A stretch of DNA of 64,000 nucleotides from contig CAWVRN010000007.1 in the NCBI GenBank assembly GCA_963932905.1, positions 32,001 through 96,000 of the forward strand, given 5' to 3'. The first letter of the stretch is position 1; each line of letters begins with the position of its first letter. The notes beneath the pieces were generated by a model that ran no database searches, was not told where the DNA came from, and saw only the letters and a list, made by a program, of their open reading frames with translations. Source of the stretch: an uncultured Bdellovibrio sp. (GTDB lineage: Bacteria; Bdellovibrionota; Bdellovibrionia; Bdellovibrionales; Bdellovibrionaceae). This document shows, piece by piece, positions 1 to 9,708 of this stretch. The translations under genes and the position numbers were made by a program.

Positions 1-128
1 GCGTAAGCTAAATCAAATTTAATAAAACACAGTGCTGGTTTGGAGGAAACACAAACTACTCTTTTCGCTCAGCAATCAGCGTTTGTGACCGTTGTGATGC
101 CATTCGAGGTTTATGGAAACTTCGGATT

Positions 129-1187
129 TTAAATTTTTGGATATATCCAAGCTTCGAAATCGGGATGATCTGATGGATGAGGTTTTACGAGACTTTTCGA
201 GGCAGTCCACCTTTTAAGCGCATCTTTCGAATCGCCTTTGGCAGTCAGGTCATACACTCCACTTTGTCCTTGACCCCACTTCAAAAAAAACTCTTCAATA
301 CTTTCCGCGATCAATTCAAATTCTCCAGTATCGCAAAGTTGAACCACAGGAAAAGGTGCTAATGCTTGATCTGAATACTTCCATATAGCGATCTTGGTAC
401 CATCGATAACTGAGAGGAATTCTCCAAAAAAAGGGCGTAGATGTGTGTTGATTTGCCCAAAATATGGATGCGGATTTTCCATTCGAAAGAGTCCTATCGA
501 TTTCGGAGCTTGACGTCTAAGCCAATCACCAAACTCTTGAAGAATCGAGGGAAATGGTATCTGTGACGGCCAATGAGCCTTGATGCCTTCAATGTCGACA
601 TGGTAGCCATTCTTAATAAAGCCGTTTTTTTTCCAGGCAGTAAAAATTTCTTTAAACTTTGGATCCTGAGCTAGAGTAACAAAAGTAGGATCGAATTCCA
701 TTTCTCGCGTTTCTTCGTATCCATTTTCAGCCGCTAGACGAATCATTTCGATTGCTTCAGATTTCTTTCCTGACAACATGAGGCAGCAAGCGTAGTTGTG
801 ACCAAAATGCGGGTTTTGTACAACACAGCTTTTAAATGGCTCTAGCAATTGATAAGACTGGTCCCCCATGTTTTTCGAGTAAAGTAGATGTGCCAAATTA
901 TTAAGGGCTATCAAAAAATTTTGCCGATCAGCTTCCACGACGGAATTCCCGTGTTTTTCAGCGAGTGGCGGATGAGGCATTTTTATAAGGGCTTCCAAAA
1001 ATTTAATTTTGTGAGTCTCCGGACATTTTACAAAAATAAACTGCATGACCTCTGAAATAGTCATTTTGTGGAATTGAAATAAACTTAAAATATCATGAAT
1101 GTTGTTTTCCGCGGAAGAAAGAAGGACATTATTGATTTTTTGCTGTTGTATACCTTCAGACTTCATTCGTTTATTATAAGTCAGCAT
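129..1187 (-). CDS. TPR-containing protein with C-terminal SMI1/KNR4 (SUKH)-like immunity domain
   Basis: TPR-type segment HNYACCLMLSGKKSEAIEMIRLAAENGY...DPTF. The C-terminal region PFPSILQEF...DGTKIAIW...PVVQLCDTGEFELIAESIEEFF resembles the SUKH pattern. Confidence 0.6.
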   Translation of the reverse strand: MLTYNKRMKSEGIQQQKINNVLLSSAENNIHDILSLFQFHKMTISEVMQFIFVKCPETHKIKFLEALIKMPHPPLAEKHGNSVVEADRQNFLIALNNLAHLLYSKNMGDQSYQLLEPFKSCVVQNPHFGHNYACCLMLSGKKSEAIEMIRLAAENGYEETREMEFDPTFVTLAQDPKFKEIFTAWKKNGFIKNGYHVDIEGIKAHWPSQIPFPSILQEFGDWLRRQAPKSIGLFRMENPHPYFGQINTHLRPFFGEFLSVIDGTKIAIWKYSDQALAPFPVVQLCDTGEFELIAESIEEFFLKWGQGQSGVYDLTAKGDSKDALKRWTASKSLVKPHPSDHPDFEAWIYPKI

Positions 1188-1395
1188 CTTGTGTTGGTCA
1201 TTAAAGGAATCCTTTTATACGCTGCTTGGTCATATGCGGCTCAGCCATTTGAACCGCTCTCTTGGAAAGAACGTCAATGCGATCGACCTCGCAACTCTAT
1301 TCAATAAATGCGGTATTCCTTAAAGCAAGTGTACGGAATGATCGAAACTATAAACTAAAAGTGTCAGATAAAATCTAAGTTTATGCACATTAATG

Positions 1396-3408
1396 TTATT
1401 TTTTAGAATAGCTACCCGAGAATGAATAAATGAATCCTAAAACCATTTTATTATATTTATAGGCTTCAACATTAGAATTATTCACTAAGTATGACAATGT
1501 AAGGGAAATATTGTTTCTCTTACTCAAATCTTGAGCAGCCCCAAGAGTTAAGCCATAGATCGTGTCTTTTCTTTCATTTGAATTATTTGTATATTTCAAG
1601 TCCGAGTAATCCAACCGAGCGCTTCCTTTATATTTCGCACTCCAAGGGAAAGAGTACGTTCCCGCAACAATCACTTTGTTATACGTATTATTTTTTCCTT
1701 CGGATGCGTTGGAAATATAGCCAACGTCGGCAAGAACTGATTTATCACCCGTCTGATTTAGCAATTTCAGCCAATTATAGTTAATCGACATGCGTTTTGC
1801 CGACTGGTCATCATCAGTACTTGAAACTTCTAAAGACGATTTATCCACGACGTAATCAAATTTCACGATATGGAACTTGTTACTGTCCTGATCCCACTGG
1901 GTATCCAATGCTAAACCAGACGAATTCAAAATCTGCTTTCGGGATCCACCATCGTCACTCATGTTCAACATAAATACATAAGGAATAACATTCGAGCTAA
2001 ATGATCGTTTCAACCAAGTGTACGTGTAATTAATAGGAAGACGCACGCCATACTGCAAGGGATCTGCAGCTTGAATAGTGCTGCTACTTTTAAAATTCTT
2101 ATCCACACTATACATATCGGATAAAACCGCTTCCGCAGCGTATTTGGAAGACATAGTTCTATAGTAATAATACGTTAACGAGCCGCCATATAACAATCGA
2201 TATGCTTCTGAACCCGTGGTTAGATTTTGGGTAGAGATATTAAGAACATTTCCATCGTATTGAAGACCCGTATATAAATTGTACCGTAGAATTTCTTTTT
2301 GAGATTCAAGAAAACTCTCAATACGATCAATCTCTTCGATTCTTGCTTCCGCTTTCTTATCTAACTTGGGATCTTTTGAATTATCCAAAACAAATTGATA
2401 ACGTTCTTTAGCTTTTGGATACAAGGCTTTTTGAAATTCAATCGTACCGGCGTAAAATGCCGCCGGTGGACTCAATTCAACATCTTTTTCCTCTTGGATA
2501 TCTGCAAAATCTTCTAACGCTTTATCTAGTTCGTTTAACTTTAAATGATTTAGACCAACGTAATAGCGATGCTCAATCTGATTTTGATCGCCGCCTTCGG
2601 CCATCGACAGAATAGAAAGTGATTTGTTGTAGTTTCCTACTTTGTAGAGAGCAACTCCATATTTATATAGGAAGGAATCATTCTCCGGATCTAACTCATA
2701 AGCTTTCTGGTAGCTCGTTGCGGCCAGCTGAAACTTACCCGCACGATACTCTTTATCAGCTCTGTCCGCCAAGATCTTGGCCTGTTGTTTAGATTGGCGT
2801 TTAGCTTCTTCACTTTGCGCCTGTTGTTGTTTTAGTAACTCTTCACGCTTAAGTGCTTCCTGAGTTTCAAAACTTAAACGTGATTGTTCTTGAATACGGT
2901 CGTTCAAGCGAACGATGGTTTCTTTCTTATCTTGAACTTGATCTGGATTTAAACCTTTTGCCGTCTTAACTTCTTGGAGTTTCTTTTTTAAGTCTTCAGT
3001 GGCTTTATTCATAAACTGAACTGAATACGCTTGCCATTCTTTTTCTGTTTGAAACAATACGACCGACAATGCTTTCTCTGACGTGTTGGTGTTGGGAAGA
3101 ACAAATGCATATAATTTATTACCGGTCTTTGTTTCAAATTCTAATAACTGACTTGGGTACTTTTCCAAATTCATTTGAATGCGAAAATAACCAGTTAAAA
3201 TGCTCTTATCCTGCACCGTAGGCATTAACTCGACAGAGGCCCTTCTTTTAGTTTGCACTTCGGTCACGGAAATAAATTGAGATGTATTCGACGATTTATT
3301 TTGAGTCTGAAACTCGATATAAATCGGCTGATTTTCTAGAAGTGTAATTTGTTGGCCTAACGCCAACGCCATCGACGTTGAAAAAAAGAGTAGTAAGAAT
3401 TTTTTCAT
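1396..3408 (-). CDS. Secreted TPR protein with C-terminal outer-membrane beta-barrel (Slam-like architecture)
   Basis: Signal peptide, coiled coil and several TPR motifs (AATSYQKAYELDPEN, YYVGLNHLKL). Alternating beta-strands begin at YTGLQYDGNV and end at LGFIYSF. Confidence 0.7.
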   Translation of the reverse strand: MKKFLLLFFSTSMALALGQQITLLENQPIYIEFQTQNKSSNTSQFISVTEVQTKRRASVELMPTVQDKSILTGYFRIQMNLEKYPSQLLEFETKTGNKLYAFVLPNTNTSEKALSVVLFQTEKEWQAYSVQFMNKATEDLKKKLQEVKTAKGLNPDQVQDKKETIVRLNDRIQEQSRLSFETQEALKREELLKQQQAQSEEAKRQSKQQAKILADRADKEYRAGKFQLAATSYQKAYELDPENDSFLYKYGVALYKVGNYNKSLSILSMAEGGDQNQIEHRYYVGLNHLKLNELDKALEDFADIQEEKDVELSPPAAFYAGTIEFQKALYPKAKERYQFVLDNSKDPKLDKKAEARIEEIDRIESFLESQKEILRYNLYTGLQYDGNVLNISTQNLTTGSEAYRLLYGGSLTYYYYRTMSSKYAAEAVLSDMYSVDKNFKSSSTIQAADPLQYGVRLPINYTYTWLKRSFSSNVIPYVFMLNMSDDGGSRKQILNSSGLALDTQWDQDSNKFHIVKFDYVVDKSSLEVSSTDDDQSAKRMSINYNWLKLLNQTGDKSVLADVGYISNASEGKNNTYNKVIVAGTYSFPWSAKYKGSARLDYSDLKYTNNSNERKDTIYGLTLGAAQDLSKRNNISLTLSYLVNNSNVEAYKYNKMVLGFIYSFSGSYSKK

Positions 3409-3428
3409 ATAGATAACAGTGTAAACTA

Positions 3429-4301
3429 TTATCTTGTCGGGACAATAATAACTTTTGTTTTCAGACTCTTATTAGAAATAATGTCAGTCGGTACTGGCGG
3501 CGGAACCACAGGAGGTTTCACTATAGGAGGTCCTGAAACAACGGGTGGCGGAGGAGCATCAAATGCTTTCGGAACATTCTTTACATCCACAGCTACATCG
3601 GCTTTATCTACCATACCACTACTACTACCAGGATTTGCTTCTGATGCTGGACTACGGCCTTGTTCTTTGCTTTCATTCTTCGCAGTAGATCCATTAGCTT
3701 TATCCAAATCTTCTTTCTTCATCTGTTTAGGCGCTTCCGGCGCGGCTTGACCTTGAGTCACAGAGGACGTTTCGCCTTTTTTAACGATCACCGGTGGCGT
3801 ACTTGAGCCCGGTAAAGAAAGCGCCACCGCACCTTTGAAGGTAACAATTTCTGTTCGTCTAGTGGCTGGATCAAATGATGTTAAGAATTGTGTTCCGCGT
3901 ACACCGGCCACAGCCGTTGGCGTTTTGATCATAAATTGACTTTTCTCGCCGTCATATTTCTGCTCGACGTTACTGCGCACTTTACCTTTTGATAAATCAA
4001 TCTCTACGTTTTTCACACCCGTGGTAGAATCATTTTCGTATTTGTTAATAGTCATTTTTGTATCAGTAGAAATATTGAAAACATTTCGATCAGACATAAC
4101 GATTTTTGCACGACTATCCGCACCCGTTGTGACTAAATCACCCGCGTAGACTTTGGAAGCTACCTTTGCTTTAAATTTCCCGGTTTTTTTGGATTCAACT
4201 TCGACGTCGCCTTTCACTACCATAAAAATTCCATGGAGTTCTTCGGCAAATGTTTTAGATTGAGACGCTAATAAAAATAAAACAATCAATACGTGCTTCA
4301 T
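3429..4301 (-). CDS. FecR-domain secreted protein with Pro-rich tail
   Basis: Signal peptide; GDLVTTGADSRAKIVMSD and KTPTAVAGVRGTQF are FecR-domain signatures. Confidence 0.85.
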   Translation of the reverse strand: MKHVLIVLFLLASQSKTFAEELHGIFMVVKGDVEVESKKTGKFKAKVASKVYAGDLVTTGADSRAKIVMSDRNVFNISTDTKMTINKYENDSTTGVKNVEIDLSKGKVRSNVEQKYDGEKSQFMIKTPTAVAGVRGTQFLTSFDPATRRTEIVTFKGAVALSLPGSSTPPVIVKKGETSSVTQGQAAPEAPKQMKKEDLDKANGSTAKNESKEQGRSPASEANPGSSSGMVDKADVAVDVKNVPKAFDAPPPPVVSGPPIVKPPVVPPPVPTDIISNKSLKTKVIIVPTR

Positions 4302-4406
4302 GTATATATTGTAGCATTGACTGCGAAAAAGTTTCCAAGAATTTCTTTAGCTAGCCCTAAAACAAGTTGGTACTAGTCTATAATAAAACGGCTTACGCCT
4401 AAGGTC

Positions 4407-4706
4407 TTATGGACAATAATAAGCTGTACCAGATACAGCCGTCTCATATGCAGATGCCGTTTCCATGACTAGGTAGTTGGCACCTTTATACGCGGCTTCT
4501 TTTTTCATATCCTCAATAGCTCCCTCAAGGTCGGGTTTAACGCTAACGGTTTTACCCTGGACTCTACCTAAGTTTTTACACTCAGGATCCTTTGGCGTTT
4601 CGCGACTAATTTTAATGCTGTCAGCAGACGGAACAATCGGAGTTGAAGAACAAGCCATTAAAGAACCAACAGAAACGAATAGAGCAAATTGGATAAGTTT
4701 TTTCAT
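4407..4706 (-). CDS. Small lipoprotein (DUF4156-like)
   Basis: Lipobox LMAC; CKNLGRVQG...MKKEAAYKGANYLV...GTAYYCP pattern. Confidence 0.7.
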   Translation of the reverse strand: MKKLIQFALFVSVGSLMACSSTPIVPSADSIKISRETPKDPECKNLGRVQGKTVSVKPDLEGAIEDMKKEAAYKGANYLVMETASAYETAVSGTAYYCP

Positions 4707-4788
4707 AAAGCTAGGGTTTCAAAATCCGTTTTCTCTGTCAAATTTAAATTTGCTTTATCCCAAAAAACAGGTAGAAGCTTAGAATTAC

Positions 4789-5685
4789 ATGCGAATTAAA
4801 TCATTTTTTATTGTTGCTTTCTTGCTGCTATCGGCTTGCACCTATGATCACGAATTAGGGAGCGAAAAGAACCCGGTCAAACTGTTTCTGATTCCTGGCC
4901 AAGACCCGAAAGTTCTTGAAGATAATGGTAACAAAGTTGCTGACTTCCTTCGTAAAAAATCAAACCTACATTTTGAAGTTAAAGTTCCGCCAAGTTATAT
5001 CGCTGTAGTAGAAGCATTTGGTTCTAACCGCGCAGATATCGCCATTATGAATACATTTGGCTACATCTTGGCTCACGAAAAATACGGAGTCGAAGCTCAC
5101 TTAATGGGCGTGCACTTTGGACAGAAAAGCTACCAAGGCCAAATCATTGCGCGCAAAGGTAAGTTCAAAAAAATAGAAGAACTAGACGGTAAGAAATTTG
5201 CCTATGTGGATCCCGCATCGACTTCGGGATTTCTGCTACCGACAGAATTGTTTAAAAAGAAAAATATCAAACCCAAAGAATTTGTATTTGGCGGCAAACA
5301 TGACACTGTTGTCACCATGGTTTACCAAGGGCAAGTGGATGCCGGTGCTACATTCTACACCCCCGTCCAAGAAGGCAAACCTCAGGACGCGCGTAAGCTG
5401 GTCCTGACGCAGTTTCCGGATGTTTTTGAAAAAATTGAAGTTTTGGCCCTCACCGATCCAATCCCAAATGATCCTATTGTATTCCGCAAAGACTTATCGT
5501 TGCCCATGAAAATAAAAATAAAAGAAGCTTTGGTTGAGTACCTGAAATCGCCAGAAGGCCAAGATACATTCATGAAGTTATACAATATGAATGATGTCGT
5601 CGCAGTTACAGATGAACACTACGACGAAGTCAGAAAAGCCCTGCAACGCCTTGGTAAAACAGCGCAAGAATTTATTCGTAAGTAA
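4789..5685 (+). CDS. phnD: Phosphate/phosphite/phosphonate ABC transporter substrate-binding lipoprotein (PhnD family)
   Basis: Lipobox LSAC; FAYVDPASTSGFLLP, GGKHDTVV...VDAGA and IPNDPIVFR motifs. No phnC/phnE adjacent. Confidence 0.8.
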   Translation: MRIKSFFIVAFLLLSACTYDHELGSEKNPVKLFLIPGQDPKVLEDNGNKVADFLRKKSNLHFEVKVPPSYIAVVEAFGSNRADIAIMNTFGYILAHEKYGVEAHLMGVHFGQKSYQGQIIARKGKFKKIEELDGKKFAYVDPASTSGFLLPTELFKKKNIKPKEFVFGGKHDTVVTMVYQGQVDAGATFYTPVQEGKPQDARKLVLTQFPDVFEKIEVLALTDPIPNDPIVFRKDLSLPMKIKIKEALVEYLKSPEGQDTFMKLYNMNDVVAVTDEHYDEVRKALQRLGKTAQEFIRK

Positions 5686-5701
5686 TCAAATTAGAAACTA
5701 G

Positions 5702-6151
5702 CTATCTCATTACCATTCGTTCGCAAACGATAAACTTACCGGTAGTTCCATCAGATACTAATTTAGCTTCATGTAGAATCACTTTGTACGTTTGTGTTTG
5801 CTGATCCAAGAACAGACTCGCGGTCACTTTCTTTTGTGTACCTTTTTTATCTGTGTATGTTTTCGCTCCAAACAAATCACCGCTGCTGTAACTTTGCATC
5901 GAGAACTGTTCTGCCCGCGTCGCTACCCATTTCTTGTCCACTACTTTCAACAGACTGAAAGTCACATTGTACTTGGGCGAAAATAAATCTTCTTGACTGG
6001 AATTAACCATCAACGCACACGTGCCGCCGATATTTGATCCAACACCAACTTTACCAACCATCATACGCCCGCTATTGATCGAAATACCATCAGCCATGGC
6101 CGACACCGCCGCGATAGCCACCAGCAAACCACTCACTATATAACGCTTCAT
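5702..6151 (-). CDS. Secreted hypothetical protein
   Basis: Signal peptide ending AMA; SD-like GAGG upstream; two Cys. Confidence 0.7.
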   Translation of the reverse strand: MKRYIVSGLLVAIAAVSAMADGISINSGRMMVGKVGVGSNIGGTCALMVNSSQEDLFSPKYNVTFSLLKVVDKKWVATRAEQFSMQSYSSGDLFGAKTYTDKKGTQKKVTASLFLDQQTQTYKVILHEAKLVSDGTTGKFIVCERMVMR

Positions 6152-6187
6152 AAGACCTCACATACATTCAGGTTCTAACACTTAGTA

Positions 6188-6203
6188 GGCACAATCGGTG
6201 CCA
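6188..6203 (-). promoter_or_regulatory. Putative sigma54 (-24/-12) promoter for 5702..6151
   Basis: Minus strand TGGCACCGATTGTGCC = GG-N10-GC, about 37 bp upstream of the ATG. Confidence 0.55.
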
Positions 6204-6206
6204 CCC

Positions 6207-6223
6207 CTTCTCAAATTGAGACG
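6207..6223. promoter_or_regulatory. TGTCTCA-N3-TGAGACA-type palindrome
   Basis: cTTCTCAaatTGAGACg. Confidence 0.5.
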
Positions 6224-6260
6224 ACCTTGAAACACCATGAAACTGGGCTGTCATGACAGG

Positions 6261-6277
6261 TGTCTAATTCTGAGACA
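6261..6277. promoter_or_regulatory. TGTCTCA-N3-TGAGACA-type palindrome
   Basis: TGTCTAAttcTGAGACA. Confidence 0.55.
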
Positions 6278-6360
6278 GTAATTCGATCCATAAAGTCTAG
6301 TTATGCCTCTCACTGCGCGGCTTTCCTTTAACTGATAGTGGGGATTCCGAAAATTAAGAA

Positions 6361-6599
6361 GTGAAATCCATTGCGGTCGTTATCACATTCTTAAGCCTAC
6401 TGCTGTTAGTATTGCGGTTCAAAGTCCTTTGGGGTCATCGGCATCTTTTGAATTTTCGTCTCTGCTTCCGAACCAGAATGCGTGCCTTAAATTTTACAGC
6501 GGCAAAAACAACTATTTTAGTTCAGTTCTATTTATCGCACACAAAGCCAAGCTAAGGTCCCAAGAAACTATTTCGGAAGATGAAATTCGCAATTCCTGA
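6361..6599 (+). pseudogene. Possible frameshifted remnant of a secreted protein
   Basis: GTG start gives MKSIAVVITFLSL. A -1 shift continues TAVSIA-VQSPL...NACLKFYSGK...RNS* (stop 6597-6599), completing a signal peptide. Confidence 0.3.
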
Positions 6600-6691
6600 C
6601 CTACCCAGTAGGTTTTATTTTTGATTTCATCTCGAAACTAAAAATCGTTACATGAAGCAAACGACGCGCGAGAAAACATTAGACAGTGTAT

Positions 6692-6708
6692 CGTATCATG
6701 ATGAGACT
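6692..6708. promoter_or_regulatory. TGTCTCA-N3-TGAGACA-type palindrome
   Basis: cGTATCAtgaTGAGACt. Confidence 0.4.
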
Positions 6709-6716
6709 GATTTTCT

Positions 6717-7334
6717 TTAGACAGCGTTAAAAATATCAGCGAGTTTTTCTATATTGGGATACAGGGAAAGCAATACAATTCCTAACAATCCATAAAATAA
6801 AACCATGGCTAAACCCAAAAGCCAAGTTTGCCTTAAAACTTTGAATACAAAAATATCGTCGTCGGCTTTTTTGATTTTACGATACAAGAACGAGGTCGCC
6901 AAGCTAGATAAAATCACCTCGATCATCAATGCGGGAACTTCAAACAACAAATAACTGCTGGAATATATAAGTACTATAAACGCGACAACGACCAAAACTC
7001 CGATCAGCAAATCATGCCAGTCAGCATCTATCCAATTTACAAAATCAAAATCCCAATAGTCCTTACAGCTGCGAGTCTGTTCCACAGGTTGTGCTTGTTG
7101 TTGATTTTGCTTCACCTGAATGGGAGGCAAACTTTCTAGGTATATCTTCCAAAGGTACATCAAGATGATAAAAACAATATAGGAAATAAAAGCAGCCAAT
7201 GGGTAGCGAACTTCGATATTTACCTGTCCATACCTCAGCATCAAATGCGACGACATAAAACCGCACAATGCCACAATCACTATGATCAAGCGAGCATGAT
7301 AACGAAGGTAAATTCTATTGAATAGCTGAGACAC
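6717..7334 (-). CDS. Hypothetical integral membrane protein
   Basis: About 5 hydrophobic helices; starts 2 bp after the upstream stop. Confidence 0.7.
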   Translation of the reverse strand: MSQLFNRIYLRYHARLIIVIVALCGFMSSHLMLRYGQVNIEVRYPLAAFISYIVFIILMYLWKIYLESLPPIQVKQNQQQAQPVEQTRSCKDYWDFDFVNWIDADWHDLLIGVLVVVAFIVLIYSSSYLLFEVPALMIEVILSSLATSFLYRKIKKADDDIFVFKVLRQTWLLGLAMVLFYGLLGIVLLSLYPNIEKLADIFNAV

Positions 7335-7336
7335 GT

Positions 7337-8065
7337 TTAGTGAATAGAAGTTAATTTATATTTTTTGGCAAAATCTTTATACCAATCATCGTTATATAAT
7401 TTTTTACCTGGATTCTGCTGAAGTTCTTTGCGTAACTTCATATAGATGTCGTAATACTTCCACGCTTTAGTGCCATCTTTATCTTCATGATGGTCAGGAC
7501 GCAGTTTAAGATCCCCTGTCGCCATCAATACACGTTGAACTTCTGGATTCTGATCGATCTTAGCACGGGTTGCCGCTTCGATAATTTCATAATAAGCGTC
7601 CGCGTGTTGACCTTTGTATTCTATTCTATTTCCATGAAAAGACACCCACGTGATTCCTTTGTCTTTCATAATGGTTTCGGCAGCCTTACCAGCATTCAAA
7701 GCATCAAATGCCGTCAAACCTTCAACGACTTCGCGTTTGTTCGGCCATACTTTATTAACATTCATACGATGATCTTTCCCATCTTCAGGAAACTTCATGG
7801 ATTGCCATAAACCTTCCACACTGGCGTACTTTCTATTTAGCATTGTAAACGGAGTGGCTGAAAAATTGGACATAATCCCTAATTCATTACGCTTAGAAAT
7901 AACTACTTCGTTCGTCTCTTTAGAAGCTGCTTGTGGCAGGATTTCCCAGCTAGGAACTACCTTATCCGTCACCGGTTTCCACCACAAATCAGGGTACGCT
8001 GTTTGCGCCGCTATAGTCGTCAAACTAACTAACAACGTTGTAACTAAACCAGCTAATACCTTCAT
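7337..8065 (-). CDS. Signal-peptide-bearing NADAR (YbiA-like) domain protein
   Basis: MSNFSATPF...YASVEGLWQSMKF and AKIDQNPEVQRVLMATGDLKL follow the YbiA/NADAR pattern; N-terminal signal peptide. Confidence 0.7.
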   Translation of the reverse strand: MKVLAGLVTTLLVSLTTIAAQTAYPDLWWKPVTDKVVPSWEILPQAASKETNEVVISKRNELGIMSNFSATPFTMLNRKYASVEGLWQSMKFPEDGKDHRMNVNKVWPNKREVVEGLTAFDALNAGKAAETIMKDKGITWVSFHGNRIEYKGQHADAYYEIIEAATRAKIDQNPEVQRVLMATGDLKLRPDHHEDKDGTKAWKYYDIYMKLRKELQQNPGKKLYNDDWYKDFAKKYKLTSIH

Positions 8066-8077
8066 AGGAGACTCCTA

Positions 8078-8473
8078 CTATTTTTTATCTTTCTCGTTCA
8101 ATATCATTGTGTCGACAACGGCTTTAGATTCATAAGCCTTATCCGACTTAAATCCGCGAATTTTTTTCGAAGACGATTCATCACGATCTAATTGTTCTTT
8201 CATATCGATAGTAACATCACCAAAGCAATACACTTGGCAAGAAAGACGTCGACCATCAAGGAAGTAATTGGTTCCCACGATGTTCAATTCAGTACGCGTA
8301 GGAGGATTAATATTGTTCTCCCCCTCTACGATCTTAATACGGCATTCGGCGCAACTTGGGACACCTTTGCAGATTGATTTAATCGGAATGTTGTTAGCCC
8401 AAGCAATCTCAAGCAAACTTTTTTCCGAATTCGTATCTATCGTGATGTCTTGTGGAAGAAACTTTATTTTCAT
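8078..8473 (-). CDS. 2Fe-2S ferredoxin
   Basis: [10 protein letters not shown]...RRLSCQ motif. Confidence 0.9.
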   Translation of the reverse strand: MKIKFLPQDITIDTNSEKSLLEIAWANNIPIKSICKGVPSCAECRIKIVEGENNINPPTRTELNIVGTNYFLDGRRLSCQVYCFGDVTIDMKEQLDRDESSSKKIRGFKSDKAYESKAVVDTMILNEKDKK

Positions 8474-9705
8474 GCTTTCTCCACGATAACTTTAAGGAAT
8501 TTTTTCTTGCCGGCTTTTAAAATAAATTCTTTACCTGCTTCTAGATCAATTCGGATTTTTGAATTAGACACTTTTTCACTATCGATACTTACACCGCCAC
8601 CTTCAATCAAACGAGTCGCTTCCGAATTCGTTTGCGTGATCCCAAGCTGAGTCATCAGTTGATTAAGAGCAACATCCTTAGCTGGTTTAACCGCTTTCTC
8701 TTCAATCGTGTCCGGTAGACCTTTTTGAACGAAAATGCGATTAAACTCATCTTCGGCATTTTGCGCATCACTCGCCGAATGAAAGCGCGCAACCAAAAAT
8801 TTAGCTAAATCTACTTTAACCTGACGAGGGTGTTTGTTACCGCTCTTCACGTCTTTCTTCAGCTGTTCCAATTGCGTTGGTGAAATATCAGAAAGCAATT
8901 CGTAATAACGGTACATCAATTCATCTGACACACGCATCGTTTTACCGAACATATCCTTAGGCGTATCCACAACAGAAATGTAGTTGTCTAACGATTTAGA
9001 CATTTTATTAACACCATCTAAACCTTCAAGGATGGGCATAGTTAAAATGCACTGAGGTTCTTGCTGGTATTGAGATTGTAAATCACGACCGACTAGCAAA
9101 TTAAACTTCTGATCGGTTCCACCCAGTTCCACATCTGATTTCAAAGCGACCGAATCGTAACCTTGAGTCAGGGGGTACAGCAATTCATGTACGGCAATTG
9201 GCGTGTGATTTTTCAAACGGTTCGAAAAATCATCACGTTCCAAAATGCGTGCTACTGTGTAGCGTGAAGCCAGACGAATAAAATCAATTGATGTCATCGG
9301 CGCTAGCCATTTGGAATTGTATACGATCTCGGTTTTTTCAGGATCTAAGATTTTAAAAATCTGCTTAGCATACGTCTTTGCATTCTCTTCGATTTGCTCA
9401 CGGCTCAAGATAGGGCGAGTCGTGTTCTTACCCGATGGATCGCCAATCAATGCCGTGAAATCACCAATCAAGAAATGAATGTGATGACCTAAATCTTGGA
9501 ATGTTTTTAATTTATTAATAACAACAGTATGGCCAATGTGAATATCCGGACGCGTAGGATCCGCACCAAACTTGATCAACAAAGGCTTCTTAGTTTCAAC
9601 ACTGCGTTTCAACTTCTTCAGCATGTCTTCTTTAGAAATTAAATCAACGGTACCGAAACCAATGCGTTCTAATTGTTCTTCTGGTTTTAAACCCAACAAA
9701 CTCAT
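8470..9705 (-). CDS. tyrS: Tyrosine--tRNA ligase
   Basis: [13 protein letters not shown] (HIGH), KMSKS, QGYD, C-terminal S4 domain. Confidence 0.98.
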   Translation of the reverse strand: MSLLGLKPEEQLERIGFGTVDLISKEDMLKKLKRSVETKKPLLIKFGADPTRPDIHIGHTVVINKLKTFQDLGHHIHFLIGDFTALIGDPSGKNTTRPILSREQIEENAKTYAKQIFKILDPEKTEIVYNSKWLAPMTSIDFIRLASRYTVARILERDDFSNRLKNHTPIAVHELLYPLTQGYDSVALKSDVELGGTDQKFNLLVGRDLQSQYQQEPQCILTMPILEGLDGVNKMSKSLDNYISVVDTPKDMFGKTMRVSDELMYRYYELLSDISPTQLEQLKKDVKSGNKHPRQVKVDLAKFLVARFHSASDAQNAEDEFNRIFVQKGLPDTIEEKAVKPAKDVALNQLMTQLGITQTNSEATRLIEGGGVSIDSEKVSNSKIRIDLEAGKEFILKAGKKKFLKVIVEKA

Positions 9706-9708
9706 GGA

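Noticed and set aside
4789..5685. Phosphonate utilisation locus
   Set aside because: Only a binding protein is present; no phnCE or C-P lyase genes here, and orphan PhnD-like genes are common.
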